Part shown: piece after piece, positions 1-13,490 of the stretch
How positions within the stretch are numbered: the first letter of the stretch is position 1
How the letters are laid out: every line of letters begins with the position of its first letter
Assembly (NCBI RefSeq): GCF_046119375.1
Contig: NW_027362763.1
Coordinates: 740,032,001 to 740,096,000 of the forward strand
From: Phyllobates terribilis
Taxonomy: Eukaryota
Length of the DNA stretch: 64,000 nucleotides
Direction: 5' to 3'
Program-made: the position numbers and the translations under genes
The notes under the pieces: generated by a model
The model's database searches: none
What the model saw: the letters and a program-made list of their open reading frames with translations, nothing else
Told to the model about the DNA's origin: nothing

Positions 1-1047
1 GTGGTCCAATAAGGACATTTTTTTCCTTCCTCCTTATGGGACCACAATATTTTCCATGTACGGTTATTTTAATTATAGTTCTAGAAAAAAAAATCTTTTA
101 TTCTCTTTGGTGATTTGTGGCTACTCCATCAGTGCTGGTTTCATACGTTTTGACAGCTTATAGGAGTACTCCACCTCTTTATTCTTTTCACTTATTAGGG
201 GGAACGCTTAAAGGGGTTGTCCAATCCCTTGTTGATTTAAATGTTTGGTCCCGATAAAAGAAAAAAGCCTATACTCCCCTCCTGTGCCGGCGCTGTTCCA
301 GCGGTGTCAGCACTCGCGGTCCCGGGGCTCTTGTGCGATTGTTGTGACACGTGACGCCTGCGCCCAATCAGTCACTGTCTCCACCTTCGGACAAATCGAA
401 CATGAAGAGGAAGTCGGGGCTGCGGCTGATCTGACTTCCTCTATATCCAATTCGACAGGAGGCGGGGACAGTGATGCCAGGACTGATTGGGCGCCGAGGT
501 CACGTGTCACAACAACAGCACAGGAGCCCTGAGACCGGGGGTGCCGACACCACGGGAACGGCGCCAGCATGGAAGGAGAGTATAAGCGTTTTTTATTTTA
601 TCGGGGCCATGCGTGGGGATGACAAGGAGTGGACAACTTATTTAAAAAAAGGTTATGTTCCCAACCTGGATACATAGTATGTGCTATATAAATGTTTTGA
701 TACTGGATATTAAAAGTCTACGACTCTCCTGTTAAATTGCCACTTTTTTGGTCAAGTAAAGAAAAAAAATCATACCAAGAAGAATCATTTTGGGACTTTT
801 TCCACCTTTAGGATATGGGCACAGAGTCTTTCAAGGAGTTTTGGAAGCAGAAACTCAGCGGAAACTCTTAAAATCCTCCTAAAAACCTTTTGAGTTTCTG
901 TTCCATAAACTAAGCAAAAAGACTGTGTACAGAGCCTTAAATGGGCTCTTCTGCTTTCTTTCGCATCACTAAGCAAACAGGACCATTTTGAACATAAATC
1001 CCCTTTTTCCTGGTCCTAAAATGGAACAGACGAGTGGAATTCCTTAA

Positions 1048-1381
1048 AGGGGTTGTCACTGCAGACCGGTGAATCCTCAAAGCACGCGCACTGCGAGGAT
1101 TCTTCTTTGCCGGCGCCAGGAGCGGGCGATCTTATGACCGCTTGTATGCGTTTGCTAGACTAGACTTGTCCGACCTCATTTAATACACTTGCATTGAGTG
1201 AGGCTGTACCCGTCTAGTCGGAATGTGACCACATGAATGCAAATCACATACTTGCAGTCACGCGTCCTCCGCTCCCGGCACAGAAGAACCCTCACAGGGT
1301 GCAGTGTGCAATATGAGTTTTCACAAGTCTGCACTCACATGTAGTGACTGCAGACTTGTAGCCTAAGGCCTGACAACCCCT
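1048..1381. mobile_element. T2-type MITE (TTAA TSD)
   Basis: ttaa|aggggttgtc...gacaacccct|ttaa with long internal inverted arms. Related TTAA-flanked elements at about 212-641, 36088-36335, 37092-37510, 40175-40495 and 42486-42900. Confidence 0.8.
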
Positions 1382-1479
1382 TTAATGTCAACCATAATCT
1401 GCACAATCCAATTGAAAAATACACTAAAAATATTTTCGGGTGGAACAAAGAAAATGAAAAAAAAAAAACAAATAATGTA

Positions 1480-2060
1480 TTTGCATAAATATATATACAC
1501 CCTTAAACTAATGCTTTGTTGAAGTGCCCTTTGAATTTTCTAATGGCATCGAATCTTTTTGGGTAGGGGTCTATCTGGACTTGGCAACCTTTCCCCACTC
1601 TTCCTTGCAGTAGAGCTCCAAATAAGTCAGATTGTGAGGGTGTTTCCTGTGCACAGCGCCCTCTTCAGATCACCCACAGATTTTGGATTCAATTGGGTCA
1701 TTCCAAAATTTTGATCTTCTGGTGAAACCATTCTTTTATTGATTTGGAGGTATTCTTAGGGTCATTGTCAGGCTGAAAGGTGAAATTTCTCTTCATCTTC
1801 AGCAGAGGTCTGAAGGTTTTGCTGCAAAATTAACTGACATTTCGAACTGCTCATAATTCCTTCCGCCTTCACTTAAGCTCCAGTTTCACGTAATGAAAAA
1901 CTGCCCGAAAAGCATAATGCTGCCTCCACCATGCTTCACTGTGGGTATAGTGTTGTTTTGGTGAGGCACAGTGTTGGCTTTGCACCACACGATGTTTGGT
2001 GCAAGCTTAACTGTGGTCTCATCAGACCATAACACGTTTTCTCACATGCTTTTGGCAGAA
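1480..2060 (-). pseudogene. Degenerate Tc1 transposase fragment
   Basis: Reverse complement of about 1900-1955 encodes [14 protein letters not shown]; surrounding sequence resembles the Tc1 3' half but is frameshifted. Confidence 0.65.
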
Positions 2061-4339
2061 CATAGCAGGGCTTGGATGTTTTTCTTTTTAAGAAAAGGCT
2101 ACCCTCCTTTCTATCTGACAATTATTCTCTTCCAAATCACAGTTAGTGATGATAATTGTACAGCTATACATAGTTATAATATAGAAGTTGACAGCTCTGC
2201 CTTCATGACTGTATACTTATAATTTATTAGCCAATTTAAGAATACATAGAGAAAAACATAATCAGTGTCCTTTTAGCAGACAGAGACAGTACTAGCTCCA
2301 ATTGCCCGTCTGATTCTGTTCTGATGAATCATGGAATTTTAAGCAGAGGAGAAAAAAGAATGAAGGCTCAAATCTGGGAATTAAGCTGGAGTCTGAAAAT
2401 AATCAAAGTGAAGGCTAAACTGCGGGGGAAGTAGTACACGATATGGAGGAGACATGCTGAGTGTGAAACAATCAAGTGGGGGATGAACTGATGGTGGGGG
2501 TGGGTGCGAGAAATCACTGAACTGCTTCCATGATCAGAGAATATACTGGACATTGTAGGGCTTCACTTGCTATTAGGCCGCTGATAGCGTTCACACAGGT
2601 TTAGTCCAAACATGTGAAGTTTTATTGACTTCATAAATCCTCCAGTGGTTTCAAAACAAAACAGCCTCTTCTGAGCACAAAGGTATAAAATATACAGTTC
2701 ATATGCCAGTAGGTAACAAATACCAGGGTGGGCTCACCCATCCAGATTAGTGACCACACTTCTTTAGACTCTGACTTCAGACTACAACACAAAAGGTCTT
2801 TCCACCTCTACTCCCAGACAAGGAATGAAGCAGCTGAGCCACCTTAAATAGGCTGTTCAGATCCCGGGGCAGAGACATGAGAGTATCCAGTCCTGCCCAT
2901 CTCTGCTGACTGCTCCTAAAAACCTGGACCCATGCTGCCTTATTAAAAAACGCTCTCAGCACTAACTGTGCTGGAGCCTACTCTCCAAGTTTCACATCAC
3001 AGAGGCTAGCCACCTCAGTGACACATATCTCCCATCCAGGACTTTACCAGTTGTTTTTCTACATATATTTTATGATTCCGATTTATTCACCAAGTGTGCA
3101 CCCTTTTTGCTTCCCCCTGCACCATGCTCAACAATTGATAGGCTGGTGTGATATGCAATTACACAGTATAGAGTGGTCAATTAGCATCTGGGAAGTGCAG
3201 GAGACAGAGGGAGCAAATCCCTCATGAATGCTCTGGACTGTAGTTTATGATCGCTCCTATTTGACAAACGCCACAATAGTATTAGTGCCATTTTGGCTAA
3301 TAAGTGAGCAGACTTATCCCTACCCTATGTTGACCTTGAATGGCAGCTTAGTATTAAGACAGATCCTCTTTCTTATTTTAATTCCATGTGGTATCATTGC
3401 TTGAGTCTACATGACCACAGCCTGAGAGGCCGAACTGGGGAGATTATGATTACTTCGCATCTTCATTGATTTTTCTCACTGCAGTATCGTCATTGAGATC
3501 GCTGTGTGGAGTCATGACCGCGTCAGTATGAAAACAAGCTGATTTACAGTTTGTGTTAACTCAGCATAAAAGAAACTTGCTGCACATTACTTTGGTTTGT
3601 GGTCACCATTTTCCGAGATTCATAACTTTTTTATTTCTCCTTCAATAGAGCTATATGAGGGCTTGTTTCTGCACGCCAATCGGTACTTTTTTTAATACCA
3701 TTTTTGGATACATATGACGTTTTGATCGCTTTTTACTTCATTTTGGAAAGGAGGTGTGGCAACCAAAAATCAAATTCTGGGGTTTAATCTATTTTTTTTT
3801 TCATTTATGGTATCTGCTGTATGGTTGAATAAATGTATATTTTAATAGAATAGACATAGGCTGTGTGCACATGTCGCAGTTTTACAGTGCAGATTTCTCA
3901 GAAAACCTGAAGGGTTTCCTGATGCCAGCAAAGTGAATGAGAATCCTGAAGTTTCATGCACACTTGGCTTATTTGTGACGTGCAGATTTTGTGCAGATTC
4001 AAATCTGCAGCATGTCAATTCTTTCAGCGTTTTTGCAACTTTTTTTCACGCATTGACTGCAATGAATTCAGTAAAAAATGCAATAAAAACGCAGGTCTAA
4101 AAAGGATTGCAGATTTGCTGAGTATTTGCTGCTTTTTTGCAGCATTTTTAGACAGCAGGGAATGCTATAGAGATAGACAAGCGCCATAGGCTTTGGACGG
4201 CGGATTCGGGGAACTTTGTGGGAAGCGCTGGACTACGTCGGACCTGCGTGGGAACTTTTTTTCTAATAAATTGGTGAACAAGGAACAGGGTCTTGTTTTT
4301 ATTCTTCTCTGCTTATGTTTTTCAGGTTTCCATTTGTGG

Positions 4340-4700
4340 ACTATGTCGGTTTACTAGCACCAAGGCTTGATGTCAGCTGTGTTTTTGGACAATTCACAGT
4401 GGACATCATCCCCAAGCCCCATTACCCCGAATGCCACCGCACCAGGGCAATCGGAAAAATTCAAGGCAAAGCGACAAAAATCGCGCATATAATGTGATGT
4501 ACCACTTCTGGGGTAGCTGCGGACTGGTATTTTTAGGATGGGAAGGGCCCAATAACCATGGACCTTCCCAGTCTGATAATATCAACTCACAGCTGTCTAC
4601 TTTACCTTTGCTGGTTACAAAAAATGAGGGGACCCCACGTAGTTTTTTTCATTCATTTAATCATAAAAGGCTGTATAATAAACTCCACATGGTGCAATTT
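4340..4700. repeat. Unclassified dispersed repeat family
   Basis: The block gggaagggcccaataaccatggaccttcccagtctgataatatca (about 4540) recurs at about 10260; the block tgatgtcagc...gccaccgcaccagg (about 4370-4450) recurs at about 13110-13190. Confidence 0.6.
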
Positions 4701-6368
4701 TATAATATGTCGGGGGGTTGTGAAATTATATGTCTGTAAGTCTGTCTGTCTGTCTCTATAGCATTTATTCACTTACAAAATTATAGAAATTTGCAGGTAA
4801 AAAAATGCACATATTTGGTGCTGCGTTTTTCTGCAAAGAGATGAAGAATGGTGAAGAAATTTCTGCATCAAAATACTCAAGATGTGCACATACTCTTAAA
4901 GATGTTGCGATACTGAATATGCATTTTTTTATATGGGAAATGGGGTGTGTGATTCAATAGGATACATACATATGTATGTATGTAGATAGTAATTGCTTTA
5001 CTATATGCTTTAACATTTCACTATTGCAGCAGAGTAAAAATCACAGTCTCTGATGAAGCCAAGCTTTCACTGAAGCACCAAGATGGCAGAGATGGGGTTC
5101 TTCAAGAGGTCTTTGACTGTTATGCCATTGGCACCCTGTAATCACGTTGTGGGTGAACCAATGAATGTCCAAAAGGTCGCCCCAGCAGGATTGTGCCACT
5201 CAAATGTCACTGTCAGAGATGGACAGCGGCATTTAAGTGGATAAACAGCAGCAATCAGAGCTGCCCCAATCTCTGCTGTTAGAGGCAAGTGCCAGTCGTA
5301 TAATACAGCTGGCATCCCCGCTGTGTGGAACGGGTTCAGCTCCTGAGCGAGCACTGTGCACCCGCATCCTCTCCATAATCGATATATACACGATATTTAG
5401 ACATTTCATACAAATTTCAACAAGCCTATGGGTCATGTTGCATATGGATAGTTCTAAAATTTCCTTTGCAGTATCCTGATGTTACAGGTTACTGATGGAG
5501 ACCTATAAAGCGAATATACTTTTTTTGTTACTCTGGAATTACGACATTTACGCTGCATTTTTCCGCTTCATGATCACTAGGTAACATGTCATGTCCCCTC
5601 CTATTTCACCCTTGTGTTGGACCCCATGAATGATCACAACATGGGGGAGCTGATATTCACACGGACTCCAATATCAGCAACAGATCAATATATACCCCTA
5701 CCAAAAAATTACAATCACTGCTGAGACATGGCGGCAAATCTATTGTGCGTGTTTGATGTGTGTCTTAATAAAAGATGAAGAAAGAAAGGCAGAAAATAAT
5801 TAATCTATTTTACTTTTTAGTAAATTAGGTCTCTTGTATATGATCAGAACTGCGGTCAGTCCAGGCACTGCAGTCAGTGTAAGGCAGGGCTGTGGTGTCG
5901 GTAAGCCAAACCTCCGACTTCGACTCCTCAATTTCCATGACACCGACTCCGACTCTACCAAAATGGACACTGACTCCACAGCCCAGTGTATGGACTGCGA
6001 AATATGGCGACTGCGTGGTGGCTGGCCACCTGTAGCAGAAACTTCTCCCACTGCAGTAGCCATGTGCTGCACTATTCGGATACAAAACTGAGTCCATTGG
6101 ACATTAAAAAGACTTGCACAGGAGCAGCTTTACATGTGAAATGATGGTGCAAAATATATAAAAAGAGTGAAAAAAGTTTTTACAGAGTTTTTTTTTTTTT
6201 TACTAGTGTTCTTTAGTGGCATTTTCTATTTGGTTACCTTTTTTTTTACATGTTGTTTTCCTAATGTCCTACAGTAAGATATTTGGAGGAGGTTTAATGA
6301 GACACACAGGGTTAAACTGCTGGTTTATCGGAGGTAGCGCTGTACATAATGAGCTGCTTCTCGGAGAG

Positions 6369-6620
6369 AATTTATTTATTTTACTCACTTATATAGCGCC
6401 ATTAATTCTCTAGCACTTTACAGACATTATCATCGCTGTCCCCATCGGGGCTCGCAATCTACATTCTCTATCAGTACGTCTGGAGTGTAGGAGGAAACTG
6501 GAGAACCTGGAGGAAACCCAAGCAAACATGGTTGGCCAGATCTTGTCCTTGGTGGGATTTGAACACAGGACCCCAGCGCTGCAGGGCTGCAATGCTAACC
6601 ACTGAGCCACCGTGCTGCCC
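6369..6620 (-). mobile_element. tRNA-headed SINE, same family as 13491-14172, single head
   Basis: Reverse complement begins gggcagcacggtggctcagtggttagc...gtgttcaaatcccaccaaggacaa and ends gcgctatataagtgagtaaaataaataaa, collinear with 13910-14172. Confidence 0.85.
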
Positions 6621-6880
6621 TATGCCTTGTGTGGTCATCAGCACACTGCTCGGTGTCACCATCAGCTGTCACTACCTTCTCTGATATTATACGTCCTGCT
6701 GAATCCAAGCCATTATCCATTCGGCCACATGATCATGAGCTGCAGACTTTGATCGCTTTACATTTGATGCAACTGACCCTCAGATCTCTAGTAGTCTGTG
6801 GTTGGTTAGGCACCTGGAGTCATGCAGACATCCGCGTTTTATGTATAGAACACATACCTATTACTTATAGCAAAGAACTA

Positions 6881-7175
6881 CATCAGGATCTTCCAGAAAA
6901 ATCAAAAATTTTGATTGTGGCAAAAATATTCCAACAGGAAGAGGAAAAAAGAAAACGCAAACACTTCCACCCCCACTATAAAAAACATTAAAATACAAGG
7001 CAAACGCATTTCGGGCACATGTCCTTAATGATTGCAATCCGAAATGAATTTGCCTCGTATTTTATCATTTATTAGCGGTGGTGGAAGTGTTTGGTGTTTT
7101 CTTTTTTCCTCTTCCTGTTGGAATATTTTTGTCACAAAAAATAAAAAATTTGGATTTTTATGAAAGATCCTGATG
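6881..7175. repeat. Long imperfect palindrome, probably a Penelope-like remnant
   Basis: 6881-7014 is the reverse complement of 7039-7175 (for example ccaacaggaagaggaaaaaagaaaac / gttttcttttttcctcttcctgttgg) around a 24-nt spacer. Confidence 0.7.
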
Positions 7176-9860
7176 CTGGAAATGACTTCTTTCCTTCAAT
7201 TCCTGATGCACCACAGCTTCCGAGCAGTGGATCTCTATTTGGGTGAGCTGACTTCAGAGGGTTTCCCTCTCATTTTTTGTTATTACTTTTAGTACTTATA
7301 TTACTTAGATGCGATCTGCTTTATTTGTTCAGCCCCTTCATGACCGGGAAATTTTCCATTATTTTGCGTTTTACTTCCCTGAATTGAGCTAAGAGACGTC
7401 TTGTGTTTTACCCGCTGAGCTGACATTTGTATTGATCCCTTTTTGGCATACATACAACCTTTAGCCTTTTACTACAGGCTCTGCAGAGACTTGAACCTGG
7501 GATCACTTAATCGTTTATACTACAATTTATAGTTAAATTGCTATTATCCGGTAAAGGCCAGGAACAAATGGGGCTTCATATGAGTATCAACATGGTAGAC
7601 AAAGGGGGACTTTTACAGACCCCAGCTTTCAGTGATTGACAGCGGCATTTAAATGGGTAAATAGCAGCGACAGGCGCTTGCTCCGGCTGTTGCTGATACA
7701 GGAAGACGCTGCCTGTGTAGGTGTATGTGCACACAACGAGGTTTATCAACAGGAGGACGCTTCATCAAACTCCAGTGTTTCCTCCCTAAAGCATCTTTTG
7801 AACCATTCTTTTGGTCATTTACTAAGCGCTTTTTCCACTTTGACCACCAGCGTTTTTTGGGGGGTATAGTGTTTTTTTTCCAGCGTTTTTGAGTCTTTTT
7901 ATACTGGCTTTTTTTTTTTCTGCTGGTAACATGCTCAGAAAGACGCCTTCCCATTGACTACTATAAAGTTTAGTCGGCTTTAAGAGCAGAAGAAGAATGC
8001 TTATATCACATTTTAACCGCGTCTTGGGAAATCTGATGCCGTTAACCCCTTCACGACACAGCACATTTCCATTTTTACCTCTTCTTCTTCCAAGAGTCAT
8101 AACTTTTTTATTTTTCTGCCCTACAACCATATGCTGGCTGTTTTGTTTTTTTTGGCGAGACGAGTTGTACTTTTGAATGACACCATTCCCTCCATTATGT
8201 GATGCACTGGAAAACGGAAAAAAATTCCAAGTGTGTCGAAATTGCAAATCCACAATTGTATTTGGGTTTTGTTTTTTTTTTATTTACCATGTTCACTATA
8301 CGGTAAAACTGACCGGGCAATATGATTCTCCAGGTCAGTACAAGTACACAGATACCAAATATGTAGAGGTTTTTTTTTGTTTTGTTTTTTAAATAATTGA
8401 AAATTAGGGAAAAAATAAATAAATAAAATTAGATTTCCAAGACCCGTAACATTTTCAGGATATGGGGATGTGTTGGGGCTTATTTTTGCTTTTTACACCC
8501 TGAGCTGACGTTTTTATTGATATCATTTGGGGGTAGATATGATGTATTGACCGTCTCTTATTGCATTATATTGCAATGTTGCGGTGAGCAAAAAAACGTA
8601 ATTCTGGCATTTTAATACCCTTTTCTCGTTACACCGTTTAATGATCGGATTCATTTTTTGTATATTTTGATAGAACGGACATTTCTTAACGTGGTGAAAC
8701 CAAATGTGTATTTTTTTTATTAATTGTTTTATTTAAATGAGGCAAAAGAGGGGTAATTTAAACTTTTGCAGTTTTTTTTTCTACTTTTTGTTTTTACTTT
8801 TTTTTATTCACTTTATACTGTATTTAGTAATCCCCTTAATATTCCCAGAGATTGACAGCGGCATTTGACATGTTATCAGGAGCTCCACGCACAACCATTA
8901 GAGGCAGATGATGGCTGATTAAATCAGCCATCATCAGCCAGGAAAGATGCGGGCTCGGCGTGTGAGCCCGCATCAAAGTCAGGAACACGACATATGACGC
9001 CATTTTCTGTACATCATATATCCTGAAGGGGTTAGAAAATGCTCTAAATCCTGCACATATGAACAGCATGTCGTTTTTACATAGAAAGGCATGTGTTCAA
9101 TTCATTTCAGTACTTAGTTAGGCTATGTTCCCACAATGAGCTCTTGGTGAGCTTTTGATGTTCTTCTGCACCATTAAATAAAATAGGCTACTTGCATTTT
9201 TTCGAAAATACACAGCATAAAAAACTCACCATAAAAATCATCGTGGGAACATAGCCGTAGTGTTTTTTTCTAGGCAGGTTTCGGAGCAGATCCTCCTGGA
9301 AAAGGCCTATTGCACATTCCCTTACACAGCCAGCATTTGCCGGTTATGGTGCATTTACGTGATTTGGTCTCAAAGTGGTTAATGAGTTGGAGAATCTTGT
9401 GTGAAGATTTTGAGATCTGTGATATAATTTATGACATTTCGAGCCCGCTTACATTTGCGTATAAATCGGAAGAGTGCAATCTGATAAAAAATAATCGGAT
9501 TGAACTCGGACCAATGTAAGTCAATGAGGCAGGTGCAGATCTGCGTATTTTTTTTCAGCTGTATTCAGCAAGAGAAAAAAAAATGGTCGCATGCTGTACG
9601 GATAATCAGTATGGCATCCGATTCTTACGGACACATTACAATTCTGAAGCATAGGAAACTGTAAATGGTCCTGTACAAGAGTAATAGCTGCTGAGCAAAA
9701 AAAACGGATTGTACACGGATAAGTGAGAAAAAATAATCCCACTCTCCTGGATGAGAATGGGACCAATTTTTTATCCGCTAGTGTGAGCGAGCCTTTAGCC
9801 AGACAAATTAAAAAGAAATCCCTGTGTCTGTAGCACTCTATAGGCTCCCTTATATCTCAC

Positions 9861-11460
9861 CCAGGAAGAGCGGCGTCGTTACGTCATTTGTGAGGTCGTT
9901 GGGATCGGCCCCGGCTTGCAGCAGGATCTGAGAGCACCGGACACTTCCACGTTTTGCAGCAAGATGCAGAGCGGATTCCCCTTCGAAAGTCTTTGACTTT
10001 ACGTATGCCCTGGATGGAGCTGTAGGGGTGGTAATATATAGTATTAGTAAGGAGACTGTAGCATCTGCTTATAACATCATGATAGCTATGTTTCTCTCAT
10101 GCATTACAGTATTCACAGATACGTGGACTAGGGGCAGGTTTTCTGAGCAGCAGCTGGAGTGGATCAGAGCCTCCACCTCAGCATGGTAAACTATTAAGTC
10201 TGATAAAATGGAAGATGAAAATAGGGAAACACAATGGACCCCAGGGCTGGTAATTTTAGGCTGGGAAGGGCTCAATAAACAGGGACCTTCCCAGCCTGAT
10301 AATATCAGCCATAAGCTGTCTGCTTTACCTTGGCTGGTTATCAAAAATAGGTGGGACCCTGTGTCATTTTTTTCATTTATGTATTAGGTTAAGGCATGTA
10401 CAGTAAACTACACACTCACGGCACTAATTATATATCTCACGGATATCCATCTATCTATTCTCTAGCTTTGCACATCTAACACCTAAACATCTGTAATTTC
10501 TATTCTAGTTCATGTAACAGGGACAGCACATGTACACAGGTATGTCACACGGACACGCAAAACTGATAAGCCCCACCGGTATAGGGGTTAAGACATGTTT
10601 TTTTGGTATTTTTTTTATATACTTGTCAAGAGGGTGTGGCCTTTTGGAAAGGAAGTGTACCAGCGGACCCCAGTATAGTCAATGAGACTCCACTGCGCAC
10701 CATTGTAGACACTAGAAAAGCTCACTAAGCCTGCATCACTTTTAATAGTGGCATTATGGAGGTGCACGGTACATCTACGGTCAGGGTCAAAAGGAGATGA
10801 AAAATCAGATTATTAGATTGCAAGCACAAGTGGGTTTAACCAGTAAGGGCTTGTGCCATCTATTGTGCCTTGTTGCCACATACCACATTGGGATTATTCA
10901 TACTGAGGTCAAACACCCCCAGTGTTAATGGGGTGCAGATTTATGAGTAGGACGCATGAATGCTGGGCAGAAATTGCACAGATTAACATCTCCAGCAACT
11001 CCATTTCTCTTCCTTGTGCTGGGGTACTTGTATGGTAAAGGTGTGCCAGGAATCGTTCTCTGCACAATCTGACATGGACGGGTGCAGGGGTAACCTGTGT
11101 GGCACATTGGACATGTACAAAACACCCATGATGTATAAAGAGCGAAGCAAAGTAGAGAAAAGAAAGGTCTGACTATAAGGGTTGTAGATGATAATCAGAG
11201 CACAGAACAAAGAGAAGACAGGAGTGTAAGGAGCGTCTCACCGCGCCGGTAATGACGCCTATACCTGAATTAATTAACAGCTGTAAACACGGCGCGGCGT
11301 CAGCAAACGCGGCTTCGTGAATTGGCATCCATCCTCTGTTATCAGGCACATCCACGCTTCTTCCTTTTTTAATTAGTTTCCTCAAGGATTTTATATCACC
11401 GCTGCGAGCGGCATGTCCGACGGTAGAACATCTATCAGTATACGCCTCGGAGAAATCCAT
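9861..11460 (-). CDS. ASB3: Ankyrin repeat and SOCS box protein 3, first two coding exons (partial; gene continues past the left edge)
   Basis: Coding exons 11460-11265 (196 nt, [51 protein letters not shown]...) and 10019-9861 (159 nt, [25 protein letters not shown]...[18 protein letters not shown]) join in phase 1 through GT-AG sites. They match the recalled vertebrate ASB3 N-terminus (MDFTEAY...[19 protein letters not shown]; KTFEGFCALHLAA). I could not find the next exon in 1-9860. Confidence 0.95.
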
Positions 11461-11641
11461 TCCCACCTGTACACAAGACAGAAGCTCAATAACCAAAGGG
11501 GTACGGCAGGAGAGCCAGTTAGCCATTCCTAACAGTAATGTGCAGGAGCTGGAGATGTCGGAGGGACGTGACGGCTGACGCAGATGTACGGTGCGGTCCG
11601 CGGAGCGCGGTGATTACCGGCTGACACCAGATTCTACTTAC

Positions 11642-11709
11642 CGCATCCAGCAGGTATGGATCGGTCGATGCTCAGACGTCACTGGGGTCTATGGGCTCGG
11701 CTGGTATTC
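11642..11709 (-). other. ASB3: Predicted internal 5'-UTR exon of ASB3 (68 nt)
   Basis: Minus strand reads ctgcttactgttttttgtag|GAATACC...GATGCG|gtaagt: branch-point-like motif, polypyrimidine tract, AG acceptor and a perfect GTAAGT donor, 175 nt upstream of the acceptor (11466) of the ATG-containing exon. Confidence 0.65.
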
Positions 11710-13490
11710 CTACAAAAAACAGTAAGCAGCTGTTACACATCATCATTGCTGGTCCATAACAGGCACAGAAAAAAGGAAATATATATCATCTTTCACACAT
11801 ATTGGGGCACATTTATAACAAGTACTGTCCCTCCCATCCCCACCAATAAAGTGGCGCTGAAGAAGGCGTCCCCCTCCTCATGTGGTGCGGCTGCAGCAAT
11901 AAAGTCTTCTGAGCAATGTACGCTGCAGTGAGGAGGTATCACATTTACTGACATAGTATGGCGCCACCTACAGGGCAAAGTGTATGGCGTTGTGTAAGTC
12001 CACATAAAGGGCTAGGTACACTCCACACCTAATGATCAGCTAATAGAAATCTCCTCCAGCGCTGTCTCCCAGGTACAGCGAAGACTTATCTAAGGATAAT
12101 CCTTAAAGGGGTTCTCTGGCTGCAAAAATCTTCCCTCCCACAGTTTTAGATTTTTTTTTTAAACAAACAACCTGTGGTTTGCTTACCCTCCCCAGGTCCA
12201 GCACTGATTCTCCATCGCTGCTCCTGGTGTTGTTTTAAGCGCTGATGTCGACAGAACTGCAGCCAATGACTGAGCTCAGCAGATCTGCCCATGTAGGCGG
12301 CATAAATCACTCAGCACTGCCGAGGTTAATGATCGGCTGCAGTGCCGCTGACATGACATCAACACTGCAGGTAATAAGACACCACGAGCAGAGGTGAAGA
12401 CTCACAAATGGACCTATGAGGGGTGAGTAAAGCACAGTTTTTGTTTGTTTGTAATTGAACAAACTACAACTGGGGGAGAGGGCTTTTCTGAAACTAGAAA
12501 ACCTCTTTAGGGTGCCCCTTATACATTAAGGTCGTCTGAACCCAACAATATCGGAAGGATCTGCTCACAGTCTAATATACATAAGGGTTGCCCAATAGAT
12601 GTCACGAGAATGATTTATTGATCGGATTTCCAACTGTTGATCCTTTTGTCCCCCATAGAGACTGGCTGCGGCTCTCTCATCACTCTCATGGAGGACACAG
12701 GAGTGCTTATCCGAACCAAGTGTTCCCGTGTATGGGGGGGTCGAAACGGATTACTGTCAGTCTATCATTCCGCCGACAGCTGCCTAATGTGAATGGGAGG
12801 CTTTCGTGTAAAGCAATACTTCTCACACTGCGAGTCTGGCCTCACCGGCGAGGCTCCCCTAGTTGTGGGTGAGGCAAGATTTTGTTTAGCAACATGAGCG
12901 ACTCGCTTTGTACTTATTCTAATATTATATCGGATTTAGGAGACAAACTAGGAAGAGCGAGAATTCTTTTTAATTTTAGTATTGACTTCTACTACAGATG
13001 ATGAAGCCTGGGCACCTAGGTCTGTCTGGGGAGGTCCTGGCTGGTTATGATTACCGGGTTAGTAATGGGGGCGTCTGATAGACCCCTCTCCATTACTAAC
13101 CCCTGGACTTGATGTCAGCAGTGTTTTTGGACACTTTACAGCTGACAGCAACCCCAATATCATTACCTCGATTACCACCGCACCAGGACAAGTGGAAAGT
13201 GCCGGGATAAGCAACTAATGTGATGCAACAAATGTATCTAATCTATACATCTAACATAATATGAAGATGCATCAAATTTATCAAACACCGTGGGACATTA
13301 ACGAGTGATACGTTTATTACACTGTGACTGTCTGGTCTAAGGTGGCACCGACTCCAAGCCAGACGGCTTTAGTAAATCAGCCCCACTGACTACTAATAGG
13401 ATTTGGTGGTAAATGTGGAGCACCTATAACACTGGTCAGAGTCTGGGCTTATACGATATGGGTGCATGATATGCAGAAATGTCTGATCTG

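Noticed and set aside
2400-2560. Possible L2/CR1 LINE remnant
   Set aside because: Only faint resemblance and no recognisable RT motif; not supportable by eye.
1-9860. ASB3 coding exon 3 and later
   Set aside because: I looked for an AVENG...GWNSLHQA-like exon; candidate AG/GT pairs (about 2738-2781 and 6676-6740) give stops or no homology. The exon is probably beyond the window edge.
11173-11526. 117-aa ORF taken as a standalone protein
   Set aside because: Only 11460-11265 is the ASB3 coding exon; the flanks are intron or UTR read-through.
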